Below, piece after piece: positions 10,850 to 21,123 of a stretch of DNA of 64,000 nucleotides. Source of the stretch: a virus; IMG/VR virus record IMGVR_UViG_3300026097_000009, positions 1 to 64,000 of that record; one strand, given 5' to 3'. A model generated the notes under the pieces. It had not been told where the DNA came from, did not search any database, and saw nothing but the letters and a program-made list of their open reading frames with translations. Positions within the stretch are counted from its first letter, which is position 1; the number at the start of each line of letters is the position of its first letter. The translations under genes were made by a program, and so were the position numbers.

Positions 10850-11560
10850 CGAAGCAAAATTTTCTTTATTACCCTTTGCTTTATAATGATTTAAATAAGG
10901 ACCTATAACTGTTCTTTTGAATGGTGTTTTATATCCTTTAGTTAGCCCCTCGCATAAATCTAAACCCTTTGCACCGGAGCGTATAAAGGTATCACCATAC
11001 ACATCGTTATCATACTTTCTTCTTAGACCGTCAAATTCAATGTTATCGTATCTTCGTCTGTATTCACTCGAAAACCATTTGAATTTTTTATGATTGGTAT
11101 TAACAGCAAAAAACCCAGTTTCAGGCACGAACCAATTTCCGCTGTTTCCACCCTTGTCTGTAACATATGTTACTCCTAGGTGTGTGCTTAAGACATCGTC
11201 TGGTAAAACACTTTCTAATATTTCTTTTGGAAAATACTGCTTGGTTAAAACATCTGCATCTAACCAAATTATTCTGTCAGCTGTAGAATTTTCCATTGCA
11301 TGAATAAAACTGTATGCTTTTTTAGAAAACTTTCGTTCATTTCCGCCTACCTTCTTTTCATGCTGGAAATCAAAATATTTTTTATCTAGGTTATCAAAAC
11401 TTATTTGCTTAATTCTGTTATCCTCTGGAATAGAAAATTCTTCAACATAACAGGTTATATTAAGATCTTCGGGCCAATACATTAAGAATGTGTCGACACA
11501 ATGTTTGCCTATAAGGTCATAGTACTTTTTATTAAAACTGGTAATTACTTCAATCTTCAT
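10838..11560 (-). CDS. GT-A fold glycosyltransferase, paralogue of 10028..10849
   Basis: KFSKKAY, WLDAD, ETGFF, NHYKA. Start moved to ATG 11560. Confidence 0.75.
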
Positions 11561-12492
11561 ACAAATTTTCTCATGTGATGCCAAGCTTCGCCTGCTTCGA
11601 TTTCTTCAAAACTCCAATGGAACATACACAGCCTTTCAACCCAAGACTGTCTGTCAGATAATATAGGTTGTTCGATTTTAGACAAATCTGTATTTGCAAT
11701 ATCTTTGGCTTGGCTTTTTTCTGGATCTGTTAAAAATACCGGATACCCTTCAATGGCGGCACCCACGGCTGGACTAGAATTATGATTTACTACAGCCCAA
11801 CATCTTTTTAAATCTTCGTTAAATCCTGCTCCTGGTTTAGACACAGTTACGTTTTTTGGATTTATTAAACTTTTAACAAGATTATTAGGAGCCAAGTATC
11901 TTAGTGCGCCTTTGTCTCCCGGATGTCCTCTAACTACAATAGGTCTGTCGCTGAATCTTCTAATCTCAGTTATTGTTTTATTCAGCCATTGTATAACATC
12001 TAAGCCGCCCATACTCCAGCCGCCATTTCTCTGCAAGCAGATCAAAATGTGATTTCCGTTCTTTCTGTAATCTTTAAGTTCTAAATTAAGATTCTTAGAT
12101 ATTTTTTTCCATCTTATAGGATCTATATCGCCGTCACAATATTCTCCTGTGTTAGGAAATATTCCGTCAAAACTGTATCTCAAGTAGTCCAAGGGATTTT
12201 TTGTGTCTTTATAGAGGAATAAATTTGAGTCAGCTAACAGAACTCTGTTGTTATTATTTTTTTGAAAATCGATAATATCTCTTCTAAATTTTAAATGAGG
12301 AGAAGTTTTACCATTTTCATGCACCCATCCAACACTAGATCCTACATCCGCCGGAATTAAATTTTTCCCGTTATGAAGTATAGAAGTATCCCCTACAGCC
12401 TGCACTCCCTTGTGAAGTTTTTTTAATATGTCACCTTTTTGTATATTTTTATTGTTAGGTGGCAAGCATTGAAGATAATGCACTACTTTCAT
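11557..12492 (-). CDS. KpsC/KpsS-like glycosyltransferase
   Basis: ILICLQ, IVVRGHPGD, VVNHNSSPAVGAAIEGYPV. Confidence 0.7.
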   Translation of the reverse strand: MKVVHYLQCLPPNNKNIQKGDILKKLHKGVQAVGDTSILHNGKNLIPADVGSSVGWVHENGKTSPHLKFRRDIIDFQKNNNNRVLLADSNLFLYKDTKNPLDYLRYSFDGIFPNTGEYCDGDIDPIRWKKISKNLNLELKDYRKNGNHILICLQRNGGWSMGGLDVIQWLNKTITEIRRFSDRPIVVRGHPGDKGALRYLAPNNLVKSLINPKNVTVSKPGAGFNEDLKRCWAVVNHNSSPAVGAAIEGYPVFLTDPEKSQAKDIANTDLSKIEQPILSDRQSWVERLCMFHWSFEEIEAGEAWHHMRKFV

Positions 12493-13505
12493 TTTTTCTT
12501 GCCTTTTTCAGCTCGCAATATGTCTTGTGCTTTTTTGTGTCTAAGTTCATGGAATGCTACTTCCCAGATATGTTTCCAAACAGCTCCACTTTTAATTTCT
12601 GTTGTATCCCACTGATAGTACGCAAGATTAGATAACCACTGCTGTACTGTTTTAGGATCCTCTAGTAACACATTGTTAATTTCATCGCAGAAGTTTGTGG
12701 AAATATCCCAAGCAAAGTTTCCAGGATCAGTGGCGACAGTCGGAATACCTGCCATTATACTGTCGACAGCACTACCGCTGGTAAACGTAACCGAACAGTA
12801 AGCTCCGTTCAAATCCTCTTTGAGAGATTTTATACTGGGATCGCTGACTTCGATATTTTTTATGCCTTCCATATATAGTTCGGTAACAGTTTTAAAAAAT
12901 AAATCTGTTTCTCTCATAGGAGACAGTGGATGCGGACGTATTACAATTTTTTTGTTTGTTTGTTCTCGGATATCACCTATGCAGGTATTCAGCCAATTAT
13001 AGATATCTGTTCCTCGCAAACTGGCATCGCCCGGAAGTTGAAGCAACATTAAAATATGTCCTTGAGAATTTTGTTTCCAGCCGTCCCAACTTAGTTTAAG
13101 TTTGTTTAATAATCGATCGTTAGAATAGTTTAGTTTATTAGGTGTAAAGCTTCCTTGATTATTTAAAAATCCATTAACTCCAACTCTGTAATAATCATTA
13201 ACTTTATGTACACTTCTTCTTAATAAAGGAGTTTCAAACATAATGAAACATGGAGCATTTTGCACAATAGCATTTCTAACTAAATGATGGCCTTTTTCTC
13301 TCGGTTTCCAACTACCAAACATCACAGCAATATCACAATCACTATAAGAATCACCGATGTCAATTTCTTTATGCATTATTTCTGATTCTATATCAGTTAA
13401 TTCCCAATCTACGGTTGTTTCCTCAGGTATGCTTTCGTAAAATTTACATAAAAGCTGATGCTCGGCAAAGTCTCTTGTGCTTTCTAAAAACACTTTAATT
13501 TTCAT
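12489..13505 (-). CDS. KpsC/KpsS-like glycosyltransferase
   Basis: LLQLPGDASL, IVIRPHP, VTFTSGSAVDSIMAGIPT. Confidence 0.75.
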   Translation of the reverse strand: MKIKVFLESTRDFAEHQLLCKFYESIPEETTVDWELTDIESEIMHKEIDIGDSYSDCDIAVMFGSWKPREKGHHLVRNAIVQNAPCFIMFETPLLRRSVHKVNDYYRVGVNGFLNNQGSFTPNKLNYSNDRLLNKLKLSWDGWKQNSQGHILMLLQLPGDASLRGTDIYNWLNTCIGDIREQTNKKIVIRPHPLSPMRETDLFFKTVTELYMEGIKNIEVSDPSIKSLKEDLNGAYCSVTFTSGSAVDSIMAGIPTVATDPGNFAWDISTNFCDEINNVLLEDPKTVQQWLSNLAYYQWDTTEIKSGAVWKHIWEVAFHELRHKKAQDILRAEKGKKK

Positions 13506-14298
13506 TTAAAATTCTCCATGCTACTCCATTTCTTAATTCGTTGATATGAAATTGTCCATAGGCTAAATGGCAAGCCCATGCATATACTTTATCTTTATCG
13601 GGATAATAAGGGGTTTCTATTTGAGTTATGTCTTGTAATGCTACAGGCGAAGCCGCATTAGATGGTGCTAATGTAAATGCCGGTATTCCATACATAATTG
13701 CTTCTGTTGCGGCGACACTATTGTATGTTACAAGAGCAAACACTCCTTTGTCAAGAGCATCTTTCAGCGTATCGTTTTGTACACGATCTATTCGTTGAGG
13801 AGCACGTTGTCTTATTTCTATAGGACGATCTGTATGTTCTTTCAATGTTGCAACAGTCTCTTCAAGCCAGTCATCTAATTTAATACCATAGAATTTACAT
13901 GGCTTTTCGTCGGGCGCGGCAATTAAGATTTTTCTTCCTGTCTTTTTCCACGGATGCAGATCTATTTTATGTCGGCGCCATCTGTCATCTGGTCTTTCAA
14001 TAATTTCACCGTGTTGTAGATCGTTTTTAACAACCCTATGCCAATATTTCCAACCATGAGGATTGCTGGCTGATACTTGATTTCCGAAATAGCCGGTATC
14101 TACATAATAAAAATCTCTTCCGTAGATCCAACATTTACGCATTATTTTGTCTTTAAGAATACCCCTTAAAACGATGGGGTCATCAGTATCAGTAAATTCA
14201 AAATCGTCAGTGTTGATCACTCTGCCGCCACTTCCTATGGCAAACATATTAATGTATTGATCTTTGCCAAATTTACTCAAAAATATCCAATTGTTCAT
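13495..14298 (-). CDS. KpsC/KpsS-like glycosyltransferase
   Basis: TDRPIEIRQR, VTYNSVAATEAIMYGIPAF, LAYGQF; the HP motif is replaced. Confidence 0.65.
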   Translation of the reverse strand: MNNWIFLSKFGKDQYINMFAIGSGGRVINTDDFEFTDTDDPIVLRGILKDKIMRKCWIYGRDFYYVDTGYFGNQVSASNPHGWKYWHRVVKNDLQHGEIIERPDDRWRRHKIDLHPWKKTGRKILIAAPDEKPCKFYGIKLDDWLEETVATLKEHTDRPIEIRQRAPQRIDRVQNDTLKDALDKGVFALVTYNSVAATEAIMYGIPAFTLAPSNAASPVALQDITQIETPYYPDKDKVYAWACHLAYGQFHINELRNGVAWRILNEN

Positions 14299-14335
14299 TT
14301 AATATCCAATTTCTTTTTTTCTTCTATAATATCTA

Positions 14336-14983
14336 TTAGAAGTCATATCCAAATGCCTCTAAATCTTCTGAAAAGATTTTTTCTACAATGTTGCGTGTTT
14401 CAGACGTATAATACTCTTTGTAGTGTCCGTGGCGGCTACTGTTAATGAATGGCAAATTTTGATTGCAACCAAGAAATTTCTTTATATGATCAAACTCTGT
14501 GTTTATGTCTTCAATTTTTATTATTTTATCGCAATGCATGTCTAACCACTGACACATTGGCGTAATTCGTAAATACCATTTACGACCTTGTTCGTACGGT
14601 TGTTCTGTCAGATTTTGATCTTGAAGACCGATTACATATTGTTCAAAGCCTTGATTATACTGATCCACAATAGATTGATCTATCTCTGCATTAGTCATTT
14701 TTTTAACACGTTTTCCTTTGCTTCGTCGATACTGTCTTAGTTGTGCTCGTTGTCCAACAAAATTAAAAATGCTTACCAGTCTCGAAAAAGGATTCCTTAC
14801 AAAAGTAAATGTATAACCTAAATTAAATTGGCTATCAAGATAGCTCATTTTAGCATGTCTATTTCCGTCTCTGATAACTACTACATCTTTAAAATTCTCA
14901 ACAGCCCATTGTTCAAAACTGCTACCAGCAGTTTTCGGAATATGTATAAAAGTAGCCTTTTGTTCAGGAAAATGTAGAGCCAT
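14336..14983 (-). CDS. Sulfotransferase (carbohydrate sulfotransferase / Sulfotransfer_2-like)
   Basis: FIHIPKTAGSS and FVRNPFSRLVS PAPS-binding motifs; C-terminal DLEAFGY. Confidence 0.9.
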   Translation of the reverse strand: MALHFPEQKATFIHIPKTAGSSFEQWAVENFKDVVVIRDGNRHAKMSYLDSQFNLGYTFTFVRNPFSRLVSIFNFVGQRAQLRQYRRSKGKRVKKMTNAEIDQSIVDQYNQGFEQYVIGLQDQNLTEQPYEQGRKWYLRITPMCQWLDMHCDKIIKIEDINTEFDHIKKFLGCNQNLPFINSSRHGHYKEYYTSETRNIVEKIFSEDLEAFGYDF

Positions 14984-15663
14984 TAATCTAACCCGTGCTG
15001 TTGACAATATTCAGTTAAAATTCTTTCGCGATGCCATTCTGAACCCATCGGAGTATCTGCAAATTCGTGAAAGCTCGGGGTACCTAATGTATAGTGTAAT
15101 AATTTAGCATCTTGATTTTCACCGTATTCGTCTGGCAACCAATTCCATTCCGGAGGAAGTTCTCCAATGCGATTGTCGTCAATCCATTCAAATCTATGAA
15201 GATGCGCTCCCGAGGCATTTTGAATATATTCAGGAGTTAATTTTTTATTAGGATGATTTTGACAGTTCCAAAGAATAACACTTGACCAGTTCTTTCTAGG
15301 ATAATTTTCGTTTTTCGATCCAAGATATTTTTCAGTCATTTTGGTTTCATAATCGTGTTTCACTACTTGCACATCTTTAGTATGATCTCGCAATTCCCAT
15401 AACTTGCTAATATCATCTCGAATTATCATGTCGCCGTCGATGTATATAGCATGTCCTGTATGCCCCATTAAATGCGGAACAAGAAAACGACTGTAAATAA
15501 AATGATTACTACCGTCTGTGTGCTCTTCTTTATAATCATCGAATAAGTTTAACGCAAGGGGCATGATCTGAACAGGCTTAGACGAATGTCTAATAATACT
15601 GTTAACACAGGTGTGATATGCTATTGCTTCTCTAGGATCGTACCCTATAAAAATTGGAATCAT
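14983..15663 (-). CDS. GT8-like glycosyltransferase
   Basis: IFIGYDPRE, FIYSRFLVP, YIDGD, PRKNWSSV, WNWL, LHYTLGTP. Start moved to ATG 15663. Confidence 0.85.
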   Translation of the reverse strand: MIPIFIGYDPREAIAYHTCVNSIIRHSSKPVQIMPLALNLFDDYKEEHTDGSNHFIYSRFLVPHLMGHTGHAIYIDGDMIIRDDISKLWELRDHTKDVQVVKHDYETKMTEKYLGSKNENYPRKNWSSVILWNCQNHPNKKLTPEYIQNASGAHLHRFEWIDDNRIGELPPEWNWLPDEYGENQDAKLLHYTLGTPSFHEFADTPMGSEWHRERILTEYCQQHGLD

Positions 15664-16430
15664 CTTCTTTCTATATCCTCTTCTACGCACTCGGAGCCCC
15701 ATTGTATTTCTAAGATATGTGCTCTTTCGGTCCCTGGATTGCTGGCATGATGCCACACTTCTTTGCCTATTGTGTACGGAAAACTTTCTGGCTTGAGGTA
15801 AACTGATTCTGTTCTACGATCATATTCTGTTTCCATTTTAATCTCACCTTCGAGTATGATCCACTGCTCTGACCTTTTAAAGTGTTTTTGATCCGATAAT
15901 GCTTTTCCTGGTTCTACTACTAATTCTTTAACTTTATAACCTTTTTCTGGCTTGTCGTCAAGCACTCGCCAATAACCCCAAGTTCGTTCAGTCTTCTGTG
16001 TTTTCCACTCATCTAAAATCCAACTGCTGGAATTAGCCTTGTGCTCTCCGCCAATTCCAAATTCAAAAGATAATCTTTCATTGTCGATGCTCATTTCAGG
16101 TATGTTGGCATCATTTCTGTCACCGCCATTGGCGAAAATAACAGTATCGTCTGGATAGTTAATGAGTGTATCTCTTATGAAGTTTTTGCAACTCCCGTCT
16201 AAGTCGTAGTCATCTTCAAATGCAACTACTGCATCTACCATGCTTAATGCTCTTACTATTTCTGCTCGTTCTGATGACGGCATGAACGGCCTACCTTTTT
16301 TACGAGTTAGCCATGCGTCGGAGTTAACACCTACTACGATTTTATCTCCTAATGCCTTTGCTTCTTTTATGTAATTTATATGCCCTGAATGAATCGGGTC
16401 AAACCCGCCGCTTACTAATACAATTTTCAT
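15660..16430 (-). CDS. Cytidylyltransferase (TagD/RfaE-II-like) fused to a cupin (type II mannose-6-phosphate isomerase C-terminal-like)
   Basis: SGGFDPIHSGH, GVNSD..RKKG, FANGGDR, SSS; then RTWGYW..LSDQKHFKRSEQW..LEIQWG..EEDIER. Confidence 0.85.
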   Translation of the reverse strand: MKIVLVSGGFDPIHSGHINYIKEAKALGDKIVVGVNSDAWLTRKKGRPFMPSSERAEIVRALSMVDAVVAFEDDYDLDGSCKNFIRDTLINYPDDTVIFANGGDRNDANIPEMSIDNERLSFEFGIGGEHKANSSSWILDEWKTQKTERTWGYWRVLDDKPEKGYKVKELVVEPGKALSDQKHFKRSEQWIILEGEIKMETEYDRRTESVYLKPESFPYTIGKEVWHHASNPGTERAHILEIQWGSECVEEDIERR

Positions 16431-16435
16431 GCAAA

Positions 16436-16465
16436 TATTTATCTGCTACTATTATTCGATAAATA
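16436..16465. promoter_or_regulatory. Back-to-back late promoters (TAAATA-N5-ATG on both strands)
   Basis: TAAATA on - at 16441-16436 is 5 nt from ATG 16430; TAAATA on + at 16460-16465 is 5 nt from ATG 16471. Confidence 0.75.
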
Positions 16466-16470
16466 TTATC

Positions 16471-17106
16471 ATGAACACATGGCTTCAATCTTTTAATAAA
16501 AAATACAAAGAAAATCTTAATGTTAGAGCAAGCGGATCTAAAAGAGGATTAGCAGATGACACAATATATAATAGACATGAAGGATTTTCTATTATATTCG
16601 ATAAACTAATCCAAAAAAATCAATCTCACTACAACATTATAGAAACTGGGACTACTAGAAAACCCAACAACTGGAAGGACGGCAACAGTGGATTTTTGTT
16701 TGTGGAATTTTGCAAAGAATTCGGCGGGTTTGTTAAATCAGTCGATATTGATAAAAATGCAGTACAAGAGTCTAATAACTTTAACGATCCAGCTTATCAT
16801 CTTGCAGAATGTATGGACAGCGTAAAATGGCTCGGTCAACAAGAAAACTTAAAAGATGTAGATCTTTTTTATCTAGACAGCTATGATGTAAAATGGCAAA
16901 AGGATGAAAAAAGTGCAGAGCATCATTTAAAGGAATTTAAAGTTATTGAACCTTTTTTAGAAAATTGTATTGTTGCCATTGACGATAACAGTAGACTGTT
17001 AGAATCAAATCACAGAACAGGCAAAGGCAGAATGATTGCAGAATATTTAGATTCTAAAAGCAAATCTCCTATCTACGACGGATACCAAATTATTTATGAG
17101 TTCTGA
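16471..17106 (+). CDS. Class I SAM-dependent methyltransferase-like protein
   Basis: IIETGT, SVDID, DLFYLDS, IDDN...GKG. Start moved to ATG 16471. Confidence 0.7.
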   Translation: MNTWLQSFNKKYKENLNVRASGSKRGLADDTIYNRHEGFSIIFDKLIQKNQSHYNIIETGTTRKPNNWKDGNSGFLFVEFCKEFGGFVKSVDIDKNAVQESNNFNDPAYHLAECMDSVKWLGQQENLKDVDLFYLDSYDVKWQKDEKSAEHHLKEFKVIEPFLENCIVAIDDNSRLLESNHRTGKGRMIAEYLDSKSKSPIYDGYQIIYEF

Positions 17107-17818
17107 TATTCTAACGATTGCTACAGTGTTTAAACAAAATCCAGCAGTATTTAAAAATACTCCAGCGTGGAAGCCAGAATATGTTTATAGACTGCGCGAA
17201 GCAATTCAACGAAACTTGTCAATACCTTTTAGATTTGTTTGTGTTAGTGATGTTGAATTAGATTGTGAAACTTTTCCTTTAGATGTCACTGGTGAAATCG
17301 GAAGGTGGGGAGTATGGTACAAGATGCAACTGTGGAGGCCGGAATTTGGCTTAACAGGAAGAACAATGTATATTGATCTAGATACCTTAATAGTAGATGA
17401 CTTTTCCGATATTGTTAAGCAATGTCAAGGACATAACTTTTTAATGAGTAACGATCCTTGGCGAGGTGACATTAGTTGCAGTGCAGTAATGTACTGGGAA
17501 GGCGATCATAGCGATTTATGGGAAACTTTTTCTTCAATGCCGATGACCCATTGGGTAGAAACTTTTCAAGAAGCTCCTAATCGAAGAGATGTAGGTGTAC
17601 AGCAGGCATTTGTAGCCGCACATAAGAAACATAAATTAATACAACACGTTATTAAAAATCCTAACAGAACTACAAGAATCGGTAAACCTAAGAAAGGACC
17701 TTACAAAGGACCTGCCGCATTAATATATTGTAGTGGAAATAGAAAACCATGGCACCCACTCATGCTAGAACATCCTGATGTAAAAAAACATTGGTTGGGA
17801 GATAGCGATAATTTATGA
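17096..17818 (+). CDS. GT-A fold glycosyltransferase
   Basis: PEYVYRL..RNL..FVC, WYKMQL, YIDLDT, SAVMYW, KPW. Confidence 0.75.
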   Translation: MSSDILTIATVFKQNPAVFKNTPAWKPEYVYRLREAIQRNLSIPFRFVCVSDVELDCETFPLDVTGEIGRWGVWYKMQLWRPEFGLTGRTMYIDLDTLIVDDFSDIVKQCQGHNFLMSNDPWRGDISCSAVMYWEGDHSDLWETFSSMPMTHWVETFQEAPNRRDVGVQQAFVAAHKKHKLIQHVIKNPNRTTRIGKPKKGPYKGPAALIYCSGNRKPWHPLMLEHPDVKKHWLGDSDNL

Positions 17819-18384
17819 ATCATTTTTATCACGATATAGAAGGATTTATGAACCAACGAAATCGTATCATGTTAGACCTTGTTATCGATAGTTTTCCGGA
17901 TAATGGAACATGGGTCGAGTTAGGGTCTTGGATGGGGAGAAGTACAGCATATTGTGTGGTTGAATTAATTAATTCTAAAAAAATAGGAAAATTTTATTGT
18001 ATCGATACTTGGGAAGGAGGTGATACTCTTGAAGCACATTCGTCGGTTGTATCCGGTAGTGCCCGTGATATTTTTTTGAAAAATATTGATTCTATTCGAA
18101 ATTACGTTACAGATATAAAAAGCTTCAGTGCAAACGCATCAAGTAAATTCGAAGATGAGTCTGTAGATTTTTGTTACGTGGATGCTTTACACACATATGA
18201 AGGTGTAATGTTAGATTTAGAAGCATGGTGGCCTAAGATTCGGCCGGGATGTTATTTCGGAGGCGATGATTATACCAAAGGATGGCCCGGAGTTGGTAAA
18301 GCTGTAAACGATTTTTTCGGAGAGAAAAATATTAAAGTCAGTAAAAGTGGTAGATGTTGGATTGTAAAGAAGCCTGTATTATGA
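17815..18384 (+). CDS. Methyltransferase (Methyltransf_24-like)
   Basis: VELGSWMGRS, IDTW, YVDALHTYE, GGDDY. Confidence 0.85.
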   Translation: MNHFYHDIEGFMNQRNRIMLDLVIDSFPDNGTWVELGSWMGRSTAYCVVELINSKKIGKFYCIDTWEGGDTLEAHSSVVSGSARDIFLKNIDSIRNYVTDIKSFSANASSKFEDESVDFCYVDALHTYEGVMLDLEAWWPKIRPGCYFGGDDYTKGWPGVGKAVNDFFGEKNIKVSKSGRCWIVKKPVL

Positions 18385-18427
18385 ATTATTACAATAGATT
18401 ATGTTGTTGTACAAGTGAGGTATATAG

Positions 18428-19213
18428 ATGATAGTCGAAGCTTTTATGTTTAATGACGAATTTGAAATGCTAGACATTCGTCTAAAAATTATGAATCCTT
18501 ATGTTGATAAATTTATAATATTGGAAGGAAACAAAACATGGAGCGGAAACGACAAGCCTTATCATCTAAGCAACCATATAACAAACTATGATCAATATAA
18601 AGATAAAATAGAAATTATTAAACTAAAAATACCTAAAGATTTTAAAGACTGGAAATGCGAAAACTACAGTAGAACGAGCTTGCAACAGAGTATTGATAAA
18701 CTAGACGATAATGATATTGTTATTCATAGCGACTTAGATGAAATTTTAAACCCAGAAAAATTATCAGAATTATTGCAATTATTAGAAACAGAAAATAAAC
18801 CTGTAAATTGTCGGTGTTCGATGTATGCATATTCATTCGATAGAAAGCTTAAAAGAGACTGGTATGGTCCTGTTATAGCAAAAAAATATATGTTTGACAA
18901 CCCTCAACAATTATATAAAGGAAATAATCATAAAAGAAAAGACAGAAGTCATTGTTGTAGGGTTCATGAAAATGTTGGCTGGCATTGGACTTGGATTGGC
19001 AACGATGATCGGATTAAAAATAAAGTCGTTAGCTGTATAGAATCACAGTATCGAGATCCCGATCAAGTACTAGAAGCATTTAAATCTAACGATACAAAAT
19101 CAGCCATAAATCACAAATGTGATTCGTATTTAATAACTGAATTTGATTATCCCGAATCTGTATTAAATATTATACAACAATACCCTTACTGGAGTAAACA
19201 AGAAAATGAATAG
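18428..19213 (+). CDS. GT17-like (beta-1,4-N-acetylglucosaminyltransferase-type) glycosyltransferase
   Basis: FNDEFEMLDIRL, VDKFIILEG..TWSG..KP, SDLDEI, GWHWT. Confidence 0.85.
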   Translation: MIVEAFMFNDEFEMLDIRLKIMNPYVDKFIILEGNKTWSGNDKPYHLSNHITNYDQYKDKIEIIKLKIPKDFKDWKCENYSRTSLQQSIDKLDDNDIVIHSDLDEILNPEKLSELLQLLETENKPVNCRCSMYAYSFDRKLKRDWYGPVIAKKYMFDNPQQLYKGNNHKRKDRSHCCRVHENVGWHWTWIGNDDRIKNKVVSCIESQYRDPDQVLEAFKSNDTKSAINHKCDSYLITEFDYPESVLNIIQQYPYWSKQENE

Positions 19214-19766
19214 AAATCAATTATTAGAATTATTACCTAAAGAGAGTACAGGAGCTGAATTAGGCGTATGCGGTGGCGACTACAGTGAAATTATTTTAGA
19301 AATTATTCAGCCTAAGCGATTATATCTAGTGGATATTTGGAGATATATTGATTTAGGTTATCACGATAAACTAATGAGTAACGATAAAAGACAAACTGCA
19401 AGATATAGAGCTGTATATAAAAAATTTGTTCACTATGATGCTGTTAAGATTATCCGTGATTACACTCACGGATTAAAAAGTATAATCGATCCTAAATCTC
19501 TCGATTGGATTTACATAGATGCAGATCACAGTTTTAACGGATGCTATGACGATTTGAAATTAGCAGACGAATTAGTTCACAGCGACGGAGTCATTTTAGG
19601 ACACGATTACGATCCTCGACATCAAGGAACTATGGATGCAGTCGATAAGTTTGTGGAAGAAAACAATTATTTCTTAACATTAACTACTGAAGAATTTAAC
19701 TCTTCGTATTTAATTTGTAGAACAGAAGAACAACATAATACATATTTAAATATGTCTAAAGTATAA
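19206..19766 (+). CDS. Methyltransferase (Methyltransf_24-like)
   Basis: GAELGV..GDYS, VDIW, IYIDADHSF, GHDY. Confidence 0.85.
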   Translation: MNRNQLLELLPKESTGAELGVCGGDYSEIILEIIQPKRLYLVDIWRYIDLGYHDKLMSNDKRQTARYRAVYKKFVHYDAVKIIRDYTHGLKSIIDPKSLDWIYIDADHSFNGCYDDLKLADELVHSDGVILGHDYDPRHQGTMDAVDKFVEENNYFLTLTTEEFNSSYLICRTEEQHNTYLNMSKV

Positions 19767-19773
19767 CTGTTGT

Positions 19774-20490
19774 ATGAACGGAATTAAAAAAGTTAATAAC
19801 TGGTATTTTCCAGAAAACGATATAGGACAAAGCAGTTATTCGAACTGTTCGTTTGGAAATCCTATCTTAAACAGAGAGAAACTTTGTTTTATAGACGGAT
19901 TACTATATTTTAAAGATAGAACTCATGCTTTAGATATAGGGGCGAATATCGGTTATGTAACATCATGGATGTCTTTAAAATGGCCGCATGTTTCTTCTTT
20001 TGAACCAACACCTACAACATTTGAATGTCTCGAATTAAACTGTAAAAGTGATACTGTTGATCTGTATAATATCGGAATAAGTGATAAACAAGGAACTTTA
20101 AATTTTGCAGTTAATAACCACAAACCGGATCTTAATCAAATAGTTACCGAATTTAGATCTTATAAAAAGGGCTGGGATGTTTTAGAAATTCCAGTTAATA
20201 CTGTAGACAGTTTTGATTTTGATGATATAGATTTTCTCAAAATTGATGTAGAAGGTCACGAATATCAAGTAGTGAATGGTGCGATTAAAACGATTCGTAA
20301 CAATCGTCCTTTAATTATGTTAGAGATAAGTTACGAAAATAAATTAAAGGATAAAGAAATTACAAAGAATCACAAACAAGCACTCGATATTGTTTTAAAC
20401 GAAGATTATGTAGTTGCTAAACAATTCGGTTATGATTATATTTTAGCTCCTAAAGAGTGGCATCATCGAGCCCAGCAGTTCTCAACTTAA
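19774..20490 (+). CDS. FkbM-family methyltransferase
   Basis: LDIGANIG, SFEP, FLKIDVEGHE. Confidence 0.9.
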   Translation: MNGIKKVNNWYFPENDIGQSSYSNCSFGNPILNREKLCFIDGLLYFKDRTHALDIGANIGYVTSWMSLKWPHVSSFEPTPTTFECLELNCKSDTVDLYNIGISDKQGTLNFAVNNHKPDLNQIVTEFRSYKKGWDVLEIPVNTVDSFDFDDIDFLKIDVEGHEYQVVNGAIKTIRNNRPLIMLEISYENKLKDKEITKNHKQALDIVLNEDYVVAKQFGYDYILAPKEWHHRAQQFST

Positions 20491-20905
20491 TAACATTAGA
20501 AACTTGCCATTGCTTAATATCTAGGCTCTTAATAACTCCTAGCCATTTATTTCTAATCAGTGCAAACTCGTTGATAATTTTTTCAAAATCAACAACATCT
20601 GATTCGCCGTCTACAAATTTTTCGACATCACGGCTTGATAATGCTCTCTGATAGTTTTCAAGATATGCTCGAAAATGCGTAGACCTAAGTCTACGCAATT
20701 CGATATTAAGATACTCAAGAATGGCTTCAATATCCTGTAATTGGTTAAAGCGATGTTCAACTATACTGGGTAAAGAAGCAGATATTTTTTCTAATCTCCC
20801 ACTGACTTTGCAGTCTTCTTTAGCAGAATATAATTCGTTATTGTAATATTCTACAGCGTCGGGAATTAAACTAATATCTTTACTGACTTTATCGTACCAA
20901 TTCAT
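20450..20905 (-). CDS. uvsY: Recombination mediator UvsY-like
   Basis: Helical 151-aa protein with YLENY..LSSRDVEKFVDGE and KQWQVSNVIKLR; downstream of uvsX. Confidence 0.75.
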   Translation of the reverse strand: MNWYDKVSKDISLIPDAVEYYNNELYSAKEDCKVSGRLEKISASLPSIVEHRFNQLQDIEAILEYLNIELRRLRSTHFRAYLENYQRALSSRDVEKFVDGESDVVDFEKIINEFALIRNKWLGVIKSLDIKQWQVSNVIKLRTAGLDDATL

Positions 20906-21123
20906 TATTCGTAGTCACTATACTCGTCGTCTTCTTCATCTAGAACATAGTTTACAGCTTCGTCTAAATGCGGATCGATCCCTAAAAGTGCTTCGATTTC
21001 TGTATCCTTTACTCCGTGATCTACTAATACATTAACGAAGTCTGTTGCTAAGTTTTCTCTGGCTGTCATCTCAACATGTGCGAGTATTGATGTCCATAAA
21101 TCGGCGATAATATCAGTTGTCAT
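20905..21123 (-). CDS. Hypothetical acidic protein
   Basis: 72-aa ORF coupled between uvsX and uvsY. Confidence 0.65.
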   Translation of the reverse strand: MTTDIIADLWTSILAHVEMTARENLATDFVNVLVDHGVKDTEIEALLGIDPHLDEAVNYVLDEEDDEYSDYE

